64,000 bases of DNA from Chrysomallon squamiferum (Eukaryota > Animalia > Mollusca), in contig CM022666.1 of the NCBI GenBank assembly GCA_012295275.1, positions 3,534,001 to 3,598,000 of the forward strand, read 5' to 3'. Made by a program: the position numbers and the translations under genes. Below the pieces are notes generated by a model. It saw only the letters and a program-made list of their open reading frames with translations, had not been told where the DNA came from and did not search any database. Shown here one piece after another: positions 13,972-46,060 of this stretch; the stretch's first letter is position 1; the number at the start of each line of letters is the position of its first letter.

Positions 13972-14596
13972 GTAAGGTTTTTGTATGTCTTCAGTTATTG
14001 TTCTTTTGCTGTTCTTCGACTTTTCCCTAGCGGAAACACAGCCTCCGTAGCCATTCACAAGACTGTATAGTATAATTGGCTCGAAACAAACGCATTTATT
14101 TTTTTAAATCTCGGAACAACTGTCTTGAATGTTAGTGAATTATATCGGTCATTATTTATCTGTGTGATAAAAGTTATTATACCGTTGTGTTTTTATTTGA
14201 ATAATGTCGTTGGAGCTTTTATTGTTATCGTAATCAAAACTGACGGAATATATAGATCATTTAAAATAATTAGTATTCTTAATTTTATCTTTCTGCAGAC
14301 GGAGGAGTTCTTTGAAGTTGTATCACTTTGTAGACATAACCTCCTATAATTCTGAAATATAGCAGACAAAAATGACTACTTATATATTTATTACAACCGT
14401 TTAATTCTTATTACATACGTACATATATTTAAGCGTTATGTAATAATAATAATAATAATAGTAGTAATGTTTGTAGTAGTAACAGTCGCAAATTATTATT
14501 ATTATTATTGTTATTATTATTATTATTATTACTGTTATTATTATTATTATTTAATCGAGGTAACATAATTGTATTATTTTAATGAAATCAATATGT

Positions 14597-14697
<101 letters not shown>

Positions 14698-15074
14698 GTA
14701 TAACTCTCACACACCCACTCTTAGTCTTTCTGTTGCACTGAGTGTGTATGTGTGGGTGAGTGTGTGTATGACAGAACAAGACAGTATATACGTAGTTAAT
14801 GTAACATACACCATCTGTTGTTACCAGGACGTGCTGAACGCTTGGGATATCGATTTAGCAGATAAAATGTCAGGTGCCTTTTAGCCATACTCGTTTCTTA
14901 ATCCACTACATATAAAATTATATCAGATCATTGTTATAACCCAACACCCGCCTTCTGAGTCGATTTCCAATCGGTGGATATATACTAAAAGCTCATGCGT
15001 GGTGGATCTTAGAATCCACACCTTCAGTGAGATAGGTGGTACCTGCGAGACCAAGATCTATATATTTTCTTAAT

Positions 15075-15240
15075 ACTGGGAAGGTATGTATAAATGATTA
15101 CTTGTTGCTAATTAGAAAGAGTGACCCCTGTAATAATGGCTGTACGTTTCTTCTCTCGAATATTCTTATCACTGTGTTACAAGAAAATATATAACCGAAG
15201 ACATATAACAGTAAATATTTAAATATGTTAAGTTGTCAAA
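15075..15240 (+). mobile_element. Degenerate SINE-like remnant (resembles Nin/Deu-domain SINE 3' part as recalled)
   Basis: cttgttgctaattagaaagagtgacccc...tttcttctctc...catataacagtaaata. Similarity is from memory, not a database search. Confidence 0.35.
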
Positions 15241-16268
15241 GATATCTTACCACACCCATCTCAGACAAAACAAAAATATTTAAAATTTCTTTCCGGGTTT
15301 TAATGGTGGCTCGGTAAAATGGCGCCTCGGTAAAATGGCGCAGACGTCTTCTAAATAATAGGACGTTCAGTGAAGTGTGTTTTGTTACGTGAAGAAAATT
15401 CTAAGAATAAATCTTTCCATTCTTCATAACCTCGTTTAATATTAGTTATTTTAAAAAGCTGTAGATAATTTAAAAAATGATTTTTTTTTTTTTGTCTTAA
15501 GGCGTTTATAATAATAATAATGATGATAAGGATGATGATAATAATATTATTTAATTTTTTTATACATACATATTTGTAAGTTTTATTATAAGAATGTAAT
15601 TTCGTATCCCTGCATCAGTAGACGTTTTAAATTACATAAAAATGAACGTCAGCATTATGCATCATTTTAATGTAAATTAATGTATGCAAATACGAATTAG
15701 ATTCATTCGCGAATGTTCATTTAATTATCAGTTTCCTTATTACCATATTCATATAAATGAAATTCAAGACTCCGTAAAGAATTATTTTAATTCTTTTAGC
15801 CGTGTAATACATATTTAAAAATAAGCAGCTGACATATGGTTGATTTATTTCCATCCTCTGTCCTTGGAATTGTTTTGAATACAAAGTAACTGGAGCATAA
15901 CGGTCACGAATAGCTGATAATTAATATGCGTGCGCGTGTGTGTGTAAAATTAAGCTCCAAGTCGAGAAGAATTTAATTTATATATTAATAATTCATTTTT
16001 TTTGAAACGTACGAAACCTAGTTGCTTTTCAGTGCTAACATTACTTTGAAATACACGTAGAATTTTCGTAATTTATTTAATTTTGTTTTACCACTGAATT
16101 GTTCTAGTAATGAAGTATGACAGTTGTGGAACAAAGTGGTTAATAAATGAAATGAATAAATCTTTGTAAAAGGTGTGTTATTCATCTTGATCTAGATTTT
16201 TTGTTGTTGTTATTATTCATCTTTATTATCATAACAGGCTTAATAAAATAACAAATACTTTTGCAAGT

Positions 16269-16378
<110 letters not shown>

Positions 16379-17343
16379 ATTATATAAATTCATACATGTA
16401 TAGACTACAGTATATATTTATGTATACTGATTTTTGTCAAAAATATTACGTTTATTTAACGCGTTAAGCATTGGTAAACAAACAAACATGTATTCAGACT
16501 GAGTTAGTTGTTCACATATTTATGATAAAAGCTTAAATTATCAAATCGCCAACACTTGTCGTCACTGAGCGAGTTACCAAATCCGGGTGAGATTGTACCC
16601 GAATTGTTGACCTCAAGTAAATCCATATGACAGATAGTCGACCCATTCAGATAGGAACTTTTAACGTTTGATAGTCTCGTTATCTACGGATGTTCGCATT
16701 ATCACTTAATCTACTCAATTACGATAACTAAACTTAAATCAACAAATAAACAAATATTAGTTCAAGTTGCCTGTAGCAGTTTTAAAAAAAAGAAGTTTTT
16801 AAGTAGTTTTGTTTCCTTTAGGCCACTGTAATATATTTCTGTATAGTCGAAATTAATTTAATATTTTCTTTGAAAACATTATTCAGCTGTTTGTTTTATG
16901 GGAGCATACATAATCAGGATTATTTATTTATTTATTTAATCTATTTGCAGTTTGTTGCTAAAATTACTTATAACATGATTTCTGTCAAACCACGCTTAAT
17001 TCGAAAGGAGCACGTGCACACCATATCACCTGACAACATGAGCTAAATATAAATATCCTAATTAGGTCGGCCATAGTTGCTAGTGGCAATATGAAAAGAT
17101 AACAGATTATTTAACCCATACGCAATCCAAAACATTTTCATTACTGTCAAATATACTTAGTAAATATATTTAATGGCAGAAAGGACATAAAATTTACGAA
17201 TCAGATTTACATACCATTTATAGACACCATGATAAAATGTACAATTGTCGGATCCCAGGCATTCTTGTTGACTTTATTAGCAAAGATTGGTCACCATTAA
17301 TAAATAAAACTATGGCCTATAAGAAGACGTGATCTATTTAGGT

Positions 17344-17429
17344 CAGAGGTTGACAAACTCTTTAGATTATCGACCTCTTCGTGAAATCCTTGACCTCGAA
17401 CTGAACCTCTCCCCTCCAAGCTTTTTAAG

Positions 17430-17464
<35 letters not shown>

Positions 17465-17627
17465 ATATTATCAGTAACAAGGCCTCTGTTTATTTCAAAT
17501 TAATATTAAAATTATTAAAATCGTATTAATCTCGAGTTTTTTATTCGTGTTCAACCACTGTCATAACTGACCACTGTCATTATTGACCATCAGACCCCCG
17601 GAAAGATCCAAAGACCCACGACCTCTG
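17344..17627. mobile_element. hAT (Charlie-like) MITE (copies 23614-23893, 29922-30197)
   Basis: TIRs CAGAGGTTG / CGACCTCTG with an 8-bp target duplication atttaggt / atttaggg (7 of 8 match). Confidence 0.6.
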
Positions 17628-17888
17628 ATTTAGGGCATACCTTTATTTAGTAATAGTATTTCATTTCAGAAATATCGTCAGTATAATCAGGAAAGGAAAT
17701 CTAATTTGAATAATGTTATTTATATTAAACTTATTTTAATTTTATTATTATTTTATTTTATTTTTCCTTTTCGCCGAGGCATCATCATCGTCATTTATTA
17801 TTCCAGCCGTCGTTGCTACTGAATGACATTTATTATCTATCGGTGTTACTGATATATATTTTTTTCTTCTTCTTATTTCATCATACAG

Positions 17889-18025
17889 ATGTTATCACCA
17901 CCATAATGAGTCACGGAAACGTCTGTTTACAAGAGTACTTTAGCGAGGAGAAACTCGACGAACTTACACCGGTACTTGACGGTTGATACAAGCTTCGGAT
18001 GACAAGCGGAGAGCGTGGTTAAGAG
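17889..18025 (+). other. Candidate 5'UTR cassette exon inside the repeated unit (copies at 24157-24296 and 30459-30596)
   Basis: Pyrimidine tract plus tacag| acceptor, AAGAG|gtaatt donor, higher GC than flanks, and a short uORF (MSHGNVCLQEYFSEEKLDELTPVLDG*). Confidence 0.35.
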
Positions 18026-18268
18026 GTAATTTAGCGACTTTAAATCTTCCGACGTTAAAAGCTGGAAAATAAAACTTCGTCTTATCAAGACAGCCTTTAA
18101 ATAGGTCACACCAAAACCGTATAAATGCGCCTGTGAGTTGCATTTAGGCCAGATATACGTTGGAATATATTGGGGATAAAGTTATTAATATACTGTTGTT
18201 ATATATAGAAATCTCCGTAAAATTTAGGCCAGATAAAGTGGTATATTGTGATAGTATATTATTAATGT

Positions 18269-18332
<64 letters not shown>

Positions 18333-18652
18333 GTAATATATTATTTTTTAAAATAAAATAATAAAAAAAAAAAAAAAAAATTTGGACAAAACTGAACGGT
18401 ATTGAAATATATATATATATATTTTTTTTATGTGTGTGTGCAAGAAAACAAGACCCACAAAAGTCAAATGAAATACTGATAATTATATTGTTGACGCCAA
18501 TATGGCGCCGTAAGCTAAATCGACTTTCAGTTCAGTTGAAAGGATTTTTTGTTCTTCGTGAATAAACAGCATATTGTTGATAGATGTATATATATATAAA
18601 TAAATAAATATATATATATATATTTTTTATATGTTGTAGTTTTAATAACCAA

Positions 18653-36613
<17,961 letters not shown>

Positions 36614-36660
36614 AAGTGACAGCGAAGATGAAGACATAATTATTAGTTTATTGGTTTTTT

Positions 36661-36693
<33 letters not shown>

Positions 36694-36726
36694 TTTTTTT
36701 TTTTTTTTTTTAATTTATTATTATTA

Positions 36727-36759
<33 letters not shown>

Positions 36760-37241
36760 TTTTTTTTTTATTTATCTGTATATTTATTTTTTTTGTTTAT
36801 GTTTTTTGATATTGACATATATGATGGAGATGGGGATAGGAGAAGAAACTGACGAATATATGTCGTAAATTTCGATTTACACAGTTTTTTTTTTGTTTTT
36901 TTTTTAATATACGTTTTTTTTGTTCTAACAGACAGATTTATTTCTTATCGTTGTATAGTTGTTGTTGTTTTTTTAGAATTGAAATTAACTTGTTTGTTTG
37001 TTTGTTATGGCTGTAGTATTCGGGTGATAATTAATATGTCCTCCAACTAATTTCCAAAACCCATTTCCATCCTTTCTGAAATTATTATAATCTATAATTA
37101 TGTGCCTTTAAAATGTTTCTCTACGCAATAATGCTATAAATGGTATTATTTTTTGTTAATTTTATTAATTAATTGAGTTGTTGTTGTTGTTGTTGTTTTT
37201 AATGTTGTTTGTTTATTTGTTTGTTTATTTATTTATTTATT

Positions 37242-37309
<68 letters not shown>

Positions 37310-40062
37310 TAAAATAAATGTGTATTAACATAACCTATTTATACAGTTTACAATATTTTACATTTAATATTGATCACATTAGACATTTGATACATATCTA
37401 ACATTTTATAAATCTATACTTCCCGAAAAAAGAAACGCACAATGATCTACTTTACTGATATACTGGTGTGTATATATCTATCTATATATATATATACATA
37501 TATACATGTATGTAACATATTTGAACACATAAGAAATGAATACTTGACTATTATCTGTCTAGAGATGATACTGTATTTATTTATTTATTTATTTATCAAA
37601 AGGCACGTTTTCTGTTAATAGTTTATCGGAAAGAGAAATATTTTTATTTATCTTTTCTTCTTCATTAACATAGGTAGAACTCCTGCACTCTAATATGCTC
37701 TGATTGTCGAGAAATGTGTGACTTTGGACAATGCGGATGAGTACAAAATCACTCTTACTGAAAATATGGAAAAAAAGGGATGGGGGAAACGACAGGCAGG
37801 CATCTGTACTACACGCCCCTTTTATTTGTTCCAGCCCCCCCACCCATGTGATATTAACACATAGACATGCATTCACGCACACATACATACATACATACAT
37901 AACGTACGCATACACGCATGGACGTGTATAATGTTGTGATGTTCGTTGTTAAAAGTGAGGCAACTGGACTTGAAAGAATTCATCTTTCTTTTTCTTTTCA
38001 TGGTCATCTTTTTAGATTTTTTTGGTTTTGTGTGTTGCAGTTAAAAGTGTTGGATTTTTTAATATTTGTATGTTTATTTATTTAATTTTTGGCATGCAAA
38101 AATTATTATTTTTATTTCATGTTTTTTTTTTTTCTAATTACAGAACTATATAGGCAACATCTTCCACAAAACACATCCTTTGTTTCTTAATACAGAAATA
38201 TTTATCTTAATTTTTATATTATATTATGTATGCATGTATGCATGTATGTATGTATATGTGTATGTATGTATGTATGCATGCGCGTGTATATATGTGTATG
38301 TGTGGGTCTGGGTGTGTGTATATATCTGTATGATGTATTATTGTTATTACTGTCGTTATTTGCTATATAATAATTTCATAATCTGTTGAAATTTCAGCCA
38401 AAATGTTGAATATATATATTATATATGTTGAACTGTTTACTGTTATTATCATCGTCATCATTATCATCATCATTACTACTACTATTACTACGACAACTAT
38501 TATAACATGATGAAATAATTTGATAATATGTCAAGAGTTATTCTCCACTGCTGACATTGCATCAGAAAATACTAATAAGTTTCATTGTGTTAACAGCTCA
38601 TAGAAAGATACCTGTAAGCGTATTACATCATAATACGGTATGACGTAATAATAACACATTTATGAAAAATATGAATACAGAGATACAGGGAATATGAATA
38701 TATTAATATGACGTAATGACATCACGTTTACGTAGAATATGAATATAGTGGTATGACGTAATAACATCGCGATGAAAGAGAATAGGGATGTGACGTAATG
38801 ATGACACGTTTAAAGGGACTATTAATATATGACGTAATAACATGTTTCAGATTTGAGGAGAATAACAAAACGTGACGTAACAGTGTAAGAAATTGATTGA
38901 TCAGTTAGTACTCTTATGAAAATTAAATGAAAGGTTATTGGTCAGTAGTTGTTACTATAGTTACTATACATTTTGTCTACGAAATGTGATTGGTCACTTA
39001 AGCTTTTCTCACTTACTTGTCACTTGCCACTGAAAACAAGTTAGTGCATTTTTAGCAGTTAATTATAAATAATCAAACAACAGTATTTTTCTCTGTAAAA
39101 TATTATATATATATAAGCAAATTCAATATTTTTTGTATGCCTATTTGTTAATTATTTCTGACGAACTGGTTTCGTCGATGTTCCTTCAGAAAAATTATTA
39201 TTATTATTATTGTTATTATTATTTACGCATATCGTGTAGGTTAATCATTTTAAGTACATCTTCGACAATTTACTATACATTTTTATTATTGTTTTAATTT
39301 TTTATCTGTAAGACGCAATATCACATATACACGGGGAAAACAAATAATTCTACACGATCTAACTGCATTATTGTCATACCGTTTTTAACAAGCAGAATTC
39401 CAATAATGTATAGAACAAATGAAACAGTTACGTAACAAATAACATAATCATTTTTAGCAGCAATATAACATTCATTTGGCGGTAGAGAAAAATACCTTAG
39501 GTTTTAGCACCATCATTATAACATTTAAACGAAATACATTTTTTTTTTTTTTTTTTAACTTTTCTCAAGTAGTCTAAAAATAATAAATAGTCATGGTGAT
39601 CGTGGGTGATTTGAATAATCGCTTTTTATCTAGTCTGTTTTTTGTTTTAGAAAAGACCAGTTAGGTTGGTTACCCATAACAACGCCATGTTAATACTTTT
39701 GGACGTTATGTGGACATCACCACGTTTCTTCTTAACTGTAATAAATATGTTAATTTTACACGTTATTTTACACGTTTTGTCCGTGTCCAGGTATCGGATT
39801 AACAAAACGTACACCTTTATGAAAGGTGAACAGTTTTTAAAGGTGGTTTGCTATACTCAATATTTCTGTTACAATCAGCTGAACATTTTTGTTATATTTG
39901 TTTAATTTGAATGTTTGTTTTAAATACTACAGTATGTTTAATCAAATGTTATATTTTATGAAAAAGTGTGGCTGTATGTTTCTCCTTTTGTCCTTTGCTT
40001 TTGTTTTCTTGTTTGTTTGCGAAAAGAAAACGAATTTTACAATTAATTTTAAAACTTTGTAC

Positions 40063-40183
<121 letters not shown>

Positions 40184-41499
40184 CGAGCCCTGAACTACTG
40201 CGTCACTTCTGTTCAGGTGTTCGGTAAGTCATACTAACCTATATATAACAGTACTGTCACCGATGTATAATAATACTATCACATGCCGGTATTTCCAACA
40301 ATGAGGGAGCTATTACCTTTAGCTTTAGCTCAGGTGTATTAAGCACACGAAATAGGGTGGTATTGTGGTCTAGAATAGACACTGATATGCGCAGTTTAGT
40401 CAGTGATGTGAGAAAGTGGAAGGGTACTGATAAAAAATAAGTTAAGTAAACGTGAATTGTGGTACATCTACAAAGTCATTCTGTACACACGTACATGCTA
40501 TTATGTATATTTAGTTAATAATCGCAGTTTATTACCTTACTGCATGACCTTATTCAGAACAAAGACCAGCTGGAATAAAAAAAAACCAGCAAACAAAGAA
40601 ACAATACAATACAAGCCAGTCACATACCATTAGACCTCGCGCGTACACACCCAGACTATTCGCTTTGTTCAGTTTCCCGTGAGTTGTTTTTATGATAGAA
40701 ACTAGACGACGTCACGTACATGTGATGTACATGCATGAACAGAAACAAAGAAATAAAAGCGTATATTAACCAAGTAGTTTATTATTTTGTATTTAATGAC
40801 TTTTCAATCGTCCAGCCCTAAATAAATGATAGAAAATTGTGTCAGTTGTTCAGCGTGTTTATATAGACTAGAAGTGGCAGTAACTGAGTCATTGAAACAA
40901 GTTGTGAACGTTGAGAAATACCACATCGGGGCAATAGCAAGATAGGTACACATTTCCCAGCCTGCGATGTCACTGTAGGTCGTAAATGCGAGGGCCGTGC
41001 ATTTTGTATGACCTGCCCCGCTTAGCAAACAGCTATTTATCAACATTGCTCGGATTATGATATATCTGTGTGTGTGTGTGTGTGAGTGTGTGTGTGTGTG
41101 TGTGTGCGCGTGCAAGTAGGTGTATCTATATAAGTATGTGATATGTACATTGTTATATAACAGCAATATTTAACATACTGTCTATAAAGTATACACATTT
41201 TGCTTTACAAAATAAAAATTTCAATGATGTCACTGACTGGTGTAGAACTGAAAAGTGATTTGAAAGATGCTCTTATTAATTTTACTTGTTATTAAAAAAA
41301 GAAGAAAAAAGAAAAGAAAAGAAAGCAAGAAAATGACAAATTCACAAGACAACTGTACTACGTTTAAAGTAACTATCCAAGTAATAAAAATAATGAACAG
41401 GTGACCAGAGGTATCACTGTAGTCTTTATTTAACAACAATGACAGCAGCAAACAATAATAATGATGATGATGAAGATGATGATGATAAATTTAATAGTA

Positions 41500-41862
41500 G
41501 TAGTAGCAGACACAGCAGCACTAATTTCAATAGTAGTAGTAGTAGCAGCAACAGCAGCACTAATTTCAATAATAGTAGTAGTAGTAGAAGCAACAGCAGC
41601 ACTAATTTCAATAATAGTAGTAGTAGTAGTAGCAACAGCAGCACTAATTTCAATAATAGTAGTAGTAGCAATAGCAGCACTAATTTCAGTAGTAGTAGTA
41701 GTAGTAGAAGCAACAGCAGCACTAATTTCAATAATAGTAGTAGTAGTAGTAGCAACAGCAGCACTAATTTCAATAATAGTAGTAGTAGCAACAGCAGCAC
41801 TAATTTCAATAGTAGTAGTAGCAGCAACAGCAGCACTAATTTCAATAGTAGTAGTAGTACTA
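41500..41862. repeat. Minisatellite, ~30-36-bp unit agcagcactaatttcaat(aat)(agt)n agcaac, about 10 copies
   Basis: Visible tandem repeat; it generates the spurious ORFs at 41426-42051. Confidence 0.9.
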
Positions 41863-42689
41863 AGAATAATACTAATAGTGTTGATTAGTAGCAGTAGTAG
41901 TAACTATGATGATGATAGTGATAATAAAATTAATGATGATGACGATAGTGATAATAAAATTAATGATGATGATGATAGTGATAATAAAATTATTAATAAT
42001 AATAATATTTATGTTTCTGAAATGCTTCTAAAAAGAAAATTCTTATTGTGATAAAACAAAAAAAATGCTTTAAATAGATTGTTTATTATGCAAACTTTAC
42101 ATGAAATTTTAAATGTAACATATATAAACATTTATTATTCTCATAATTTCAATGCATGAGTACATACTGTATAAAGAACACTTAACTTGTATTACTCATT
42201 AGAAAGCAGTCAGTGAACATTTAACTTTTATCAGTCACTGTATACAGAAAATCAATATATAAATATCTATTCACTGAATACAGCACACATTCATTTTACA
42301 TAGAACATCCCTAGAACATATTCAGTGTTTGTAGAACATCCACTGTACAGATTTACTGAATACAGACCATCAGTAGTACATACATTACATATTCACTGTA
42401 CAAAGAAAATCCATTATACATGGAGTATTCATTATCATTTAACATTAATTATATTTACAGCATCCACAGATGTACATGTTTAGAACATTAACTGTAGAAA
42501 AACATCTTTTTACATAGAACATCTACTGCTGAATATCTATTGTGTACAACATATCTACCATAGAAGAACATTCACTGTACACTGAACATCTACTGTATTT
42601 GACCATCCACTGTACAGTGTATATAGAACATCTGTACAAGATCATTTTTTAACATAGGACATAGACTGCAGAACATCTACTGCAGAAGA

Positions 42690-42842
42690 ATGCCTACTTT
42701 ACATAGAATATCAACTGTACTAGAGCATCCACTGTAGAACAAATATCCAGTGTACAAGAACATCTATTGTACAAGAACATCTATTGTACAAGAACATCCA
42801 TTGTACATAGAACATCTACTGTACAAGAATATCCATTGTACA
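42690..42842. repeat. 17-bp-unit minisatellite (gaacatctattgtacaa), degenerate extension to ~42300; paralog ~52400-52940
   Basis: Visible tandem repeats. Confidence 0.8.
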
Positions 42843-43870
42843 ATGTGAGTAACACCTAAAATAATAGTAAATAAAACCTGAAGCAGAGTCCATCTTTTGT
42901 GAATGATGAGGAATGTCAGTGATTGTTTTGTTAATAAAATTCTGGATGATGATGTAGACAATAAAAGTATCAACGATGAAGTTAACATTGAATTTTTGAA
43001 TGATGATGTTGATAGGAAAATTCTGAATAATGATGTTCATAGTGAAAATGATGATGTAGGATAATGGCCATGACAACCTCTGTTTTTACTTATGAGAATG
43101 TAATATTTTTAGGTTTTAAATTAATTTCTTTTCGTGTATCTTTCATTGTCTGATCCTCGCTGGTTTAAACAATTATTCTTAGTCTGACAAAATCAGATCT
43201 GTTAAAAGATGAAAAGAGAGAAAGCAAAAAAATAAGAATTAATTTCATGGAGTAAGTTTAGTTCATATATATATATATGAAAGAAATTTAGAAAACAACA
43301 TATATGTATATATATAATCAATTCATTAATAATTAATAAGCACAAGTAATTAAATAATAACAACTGTAAATTGAATAAAACTATACACAAAAATATTGAT
43401 TAATTAATTCAATAAATCAATAGTTTAACTAATAATGATAACAATAAAGTGCTATAATGATCACAAACAAACAAATAAAATTATATTCTTTACAACTGAA
43501 AATAAAAGAAAATTAATATTCAAGAGACCATCTTAGACAGAAATAATTCACCTTCTTACGTAGATCCATAAAACCGAACCAAACAGTTCCTTGAGCACCA
43601 CAATGGACAAAAACACAACAACAATTTGAGCTGTATCCATGACGATGCGCCTGGCTGCAGTGAGTAAAGCGTCAAGTTGGTTTTCTACAATGTCTGGTCT
43701 CTCCGTCCTGTGAAAGTAAATTGTAAAAACAGACAATTAAAATTTAAACAAATATAAGAAAACATATTACTTCAATTAGTGTTTTTAAGAACGTCAGTCA
43801 TATTCAGATATGTACAAATTATATTTGATAAATAAATTCTTTCATTTTCTTTTTTTTTCATCTTCTTTAT

Positions 43871-43968
<98 letters not shown>

Positions 43969-44449
43969 GTGTTAGACTACAATCCTGTAATCACCTTTTA
44001 TAAAACTTGGGCCACACTGGATTAAGCTGACATCCAGTCGCTGAGATGACGTACTCCCGCTGCTGTTTGCTTCCCTCTACAGTGCAGTTGATGTCCATGC
44101 CGACGTTGACCAAGTAGGTACAGTACGTCTCATTGTGTACAAACTGAGGTGTGGTCAGCTGCTGCTGGTGTGGTTGCAGTGCACGTTCATGACGTTCTAA
44201 ATTCGCTGCCATCCAGCTCTGGTACAAAGGAAGTTCCACTGTGTTTATTTGTTCTGCATGGGAAACAAGTCGACTGTTGATCATTTCAGCTTGGAGGTCT
44301 ATGAATCCGTTCTGAACTTTAAAAAAAAAATGTATATTCAGATACATTGGATATTCTACATCACAGTATGTCAGTTTTATAAAATCATACAAATGGTATT
44401 TGCTAAGCTGAATCTTTAATATTACATCCTTTGATTTGTAAGTTACAGG

Positions 44450-45150
44450 ATACATACTGTATTGTAACGATCTTTAAGGTTACCGTACTGGAATAATACT
44501 GTATCACTTGGTGTATAAGTTACATGGTATGTACTGCACTCTATTAATCTTTAATACTGTTTCCCTGGATATATAAGTGACATGGTATGTAGTGCACTTT
44601 ATTAATCTTTAAGGTCTATGAATCATTCTGAAATTTAAAAAAAATATATATTCAGATACATTGTATATTCTACACCACAGTATGTCAGTTTTATAATATC
44701 ATACACTGAATATATGGTATTTGTAATGCTGAATCTTTATTATATCATTTGATTTATAAATTACCTGATATTTACTGTAATATTTCTGTGTATTATATCC
44801 TTGGATATTCACATTAATGTATTCATTTATACTCTACACCACAAGACCTCATTTGTTTATAAAATGATACACAGAATACATATTATTTGCAATAAGGAAT
44901 CTGTAATATTCTATCTTTCAATAAATAAATTACATGGTATGTACTGTATTTTATTATATATTATTTAATATTATCTTCCTGGATACATAAATTACATGGT
45001 ACATACTGCAGTCTGTTAATCATTAACAGCTTATCTCTAGACGTATAAATTACATGGTATGTACTGTACTTAATTATATAATATTTAATACTGTCTCCCT
45101 ATAAATATAAACTGCATGATATGTAATGTACTGGAATAATACTGTATTCA
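44450..45150. repeat. Degenerate tandem repeat with core atataaattacatggtatgtactg; paralogs ~51415-51520 and ~54230-54850
   Basis: Core recurs several times in each block. Confidence 0.75.
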
Positions 45151-45194
45151 TGATGATTAAATTATATTATTCTGCAACATTTTTCTTATTTCCA

Positions 45195-45690
45195 GTTAAA
45201 ATGTGTTTCACTATATATTCTCCAGCTTGCTTTAGTATCAGAAGTATGTTTTATATGGAAGTTATTCATACCAATAAAGGTGGTATCAAAATCTGTTATC
45301 AAGGGTTTGTGTATGATGCGACAGAATTTCTTCGTGATATCGAGTGGAACATCAGACTAAACCATCAACATTAAAATCAAAGAACATTAACAAAATACTC
45401 TGACAAAATGTTATTAATCTATCTTTCATTGCAGATATATTTCGTAATTAAAAATTGTGACTTTCTTCCTGTGACATTTTTTCGGGATTAATTAAAACCT
45501 ATGGAGTGCTAGATGTTACTGACCCTTGTTTGTCAGAATGATCTGGCAACAGACGTCAAACTGCAAGGTCGGGAACACGTTGACAAATAACGTGAGTCAC
45601 TTTTTCATAAAAGGACCGAGATCATTTTTTTTTTTTTTTTTTTTTTTTTTGGTTAGGGTAACGGTCGCTGTCCACTGAACGCACTGTGTA
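45195..45690 (+). mobile_element. Internally deleted Mutator/MULE-like element remnant (related copy ~6790-7060)
   Basis: MEVIHTNKGGIKICYQGFVY resembles a FLYWCH-domain start and is fused directly to DATEFLRDIEWNIRL, which resembles a MULE transposase C-terminus. Both copies end in gggtaacggtcg(c/t)tgtcca. Confidence 0.45.
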
Positions 45691-45916
45691 ACTAGTTATG
45701 TAGATGTTTGCTCTTCTGCGTTAATCCTTACGTGATTGTTGTGATAGATTACAATCATTCTATTCATCTATATTATTCTTTACTGCTATATTGAATACAG
45801 TTTTAAAAATGTCTTGTGTTTGTTGTGTTCTAGTGTACAATAAAGGGTGTATACATGTATATGCTTTCTTATTAGATTTTGCATGTGTTCATACTTTTGT
45901 TTAATAGATATTACCA

Positions 45917-46060
45917 GTGAAGGTATTTGTTTTATGTTTGCCAGGCTTTGAATACTCACAGATAATTTTAGCCTATTATTCTTTAGTACGAAGATACCAA
46001 AAACATTTTGTTGCTTCATACATTGGAGCTGTTGACTGCCTGAAAGTCAATGACACTGTA
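45917..46060 (+). pseudogene. Degenerate, inverted TNF-homology-domain fragment
   Basis: RRYQKHFVASYIGAVDCLKVNDTV aligns to GRYQEGFVTSYIGAVYYLKANDTV of the intact TNF. Confidence 0.8.

Noticed and set aside
38641-38880. Short conserved motif with variable spacers resembling a CRISPR array
   Set aside because: Repeat is only 8-9 bp, spacers are related to each other, the context is eukaryotic, and there are no cas genes.
41426-42051. Three overlapping long ORFs (poly-L, NSSS repeat, VVVVA repeat)
   Set aside because: Generated by a stop-poor minisatellite.
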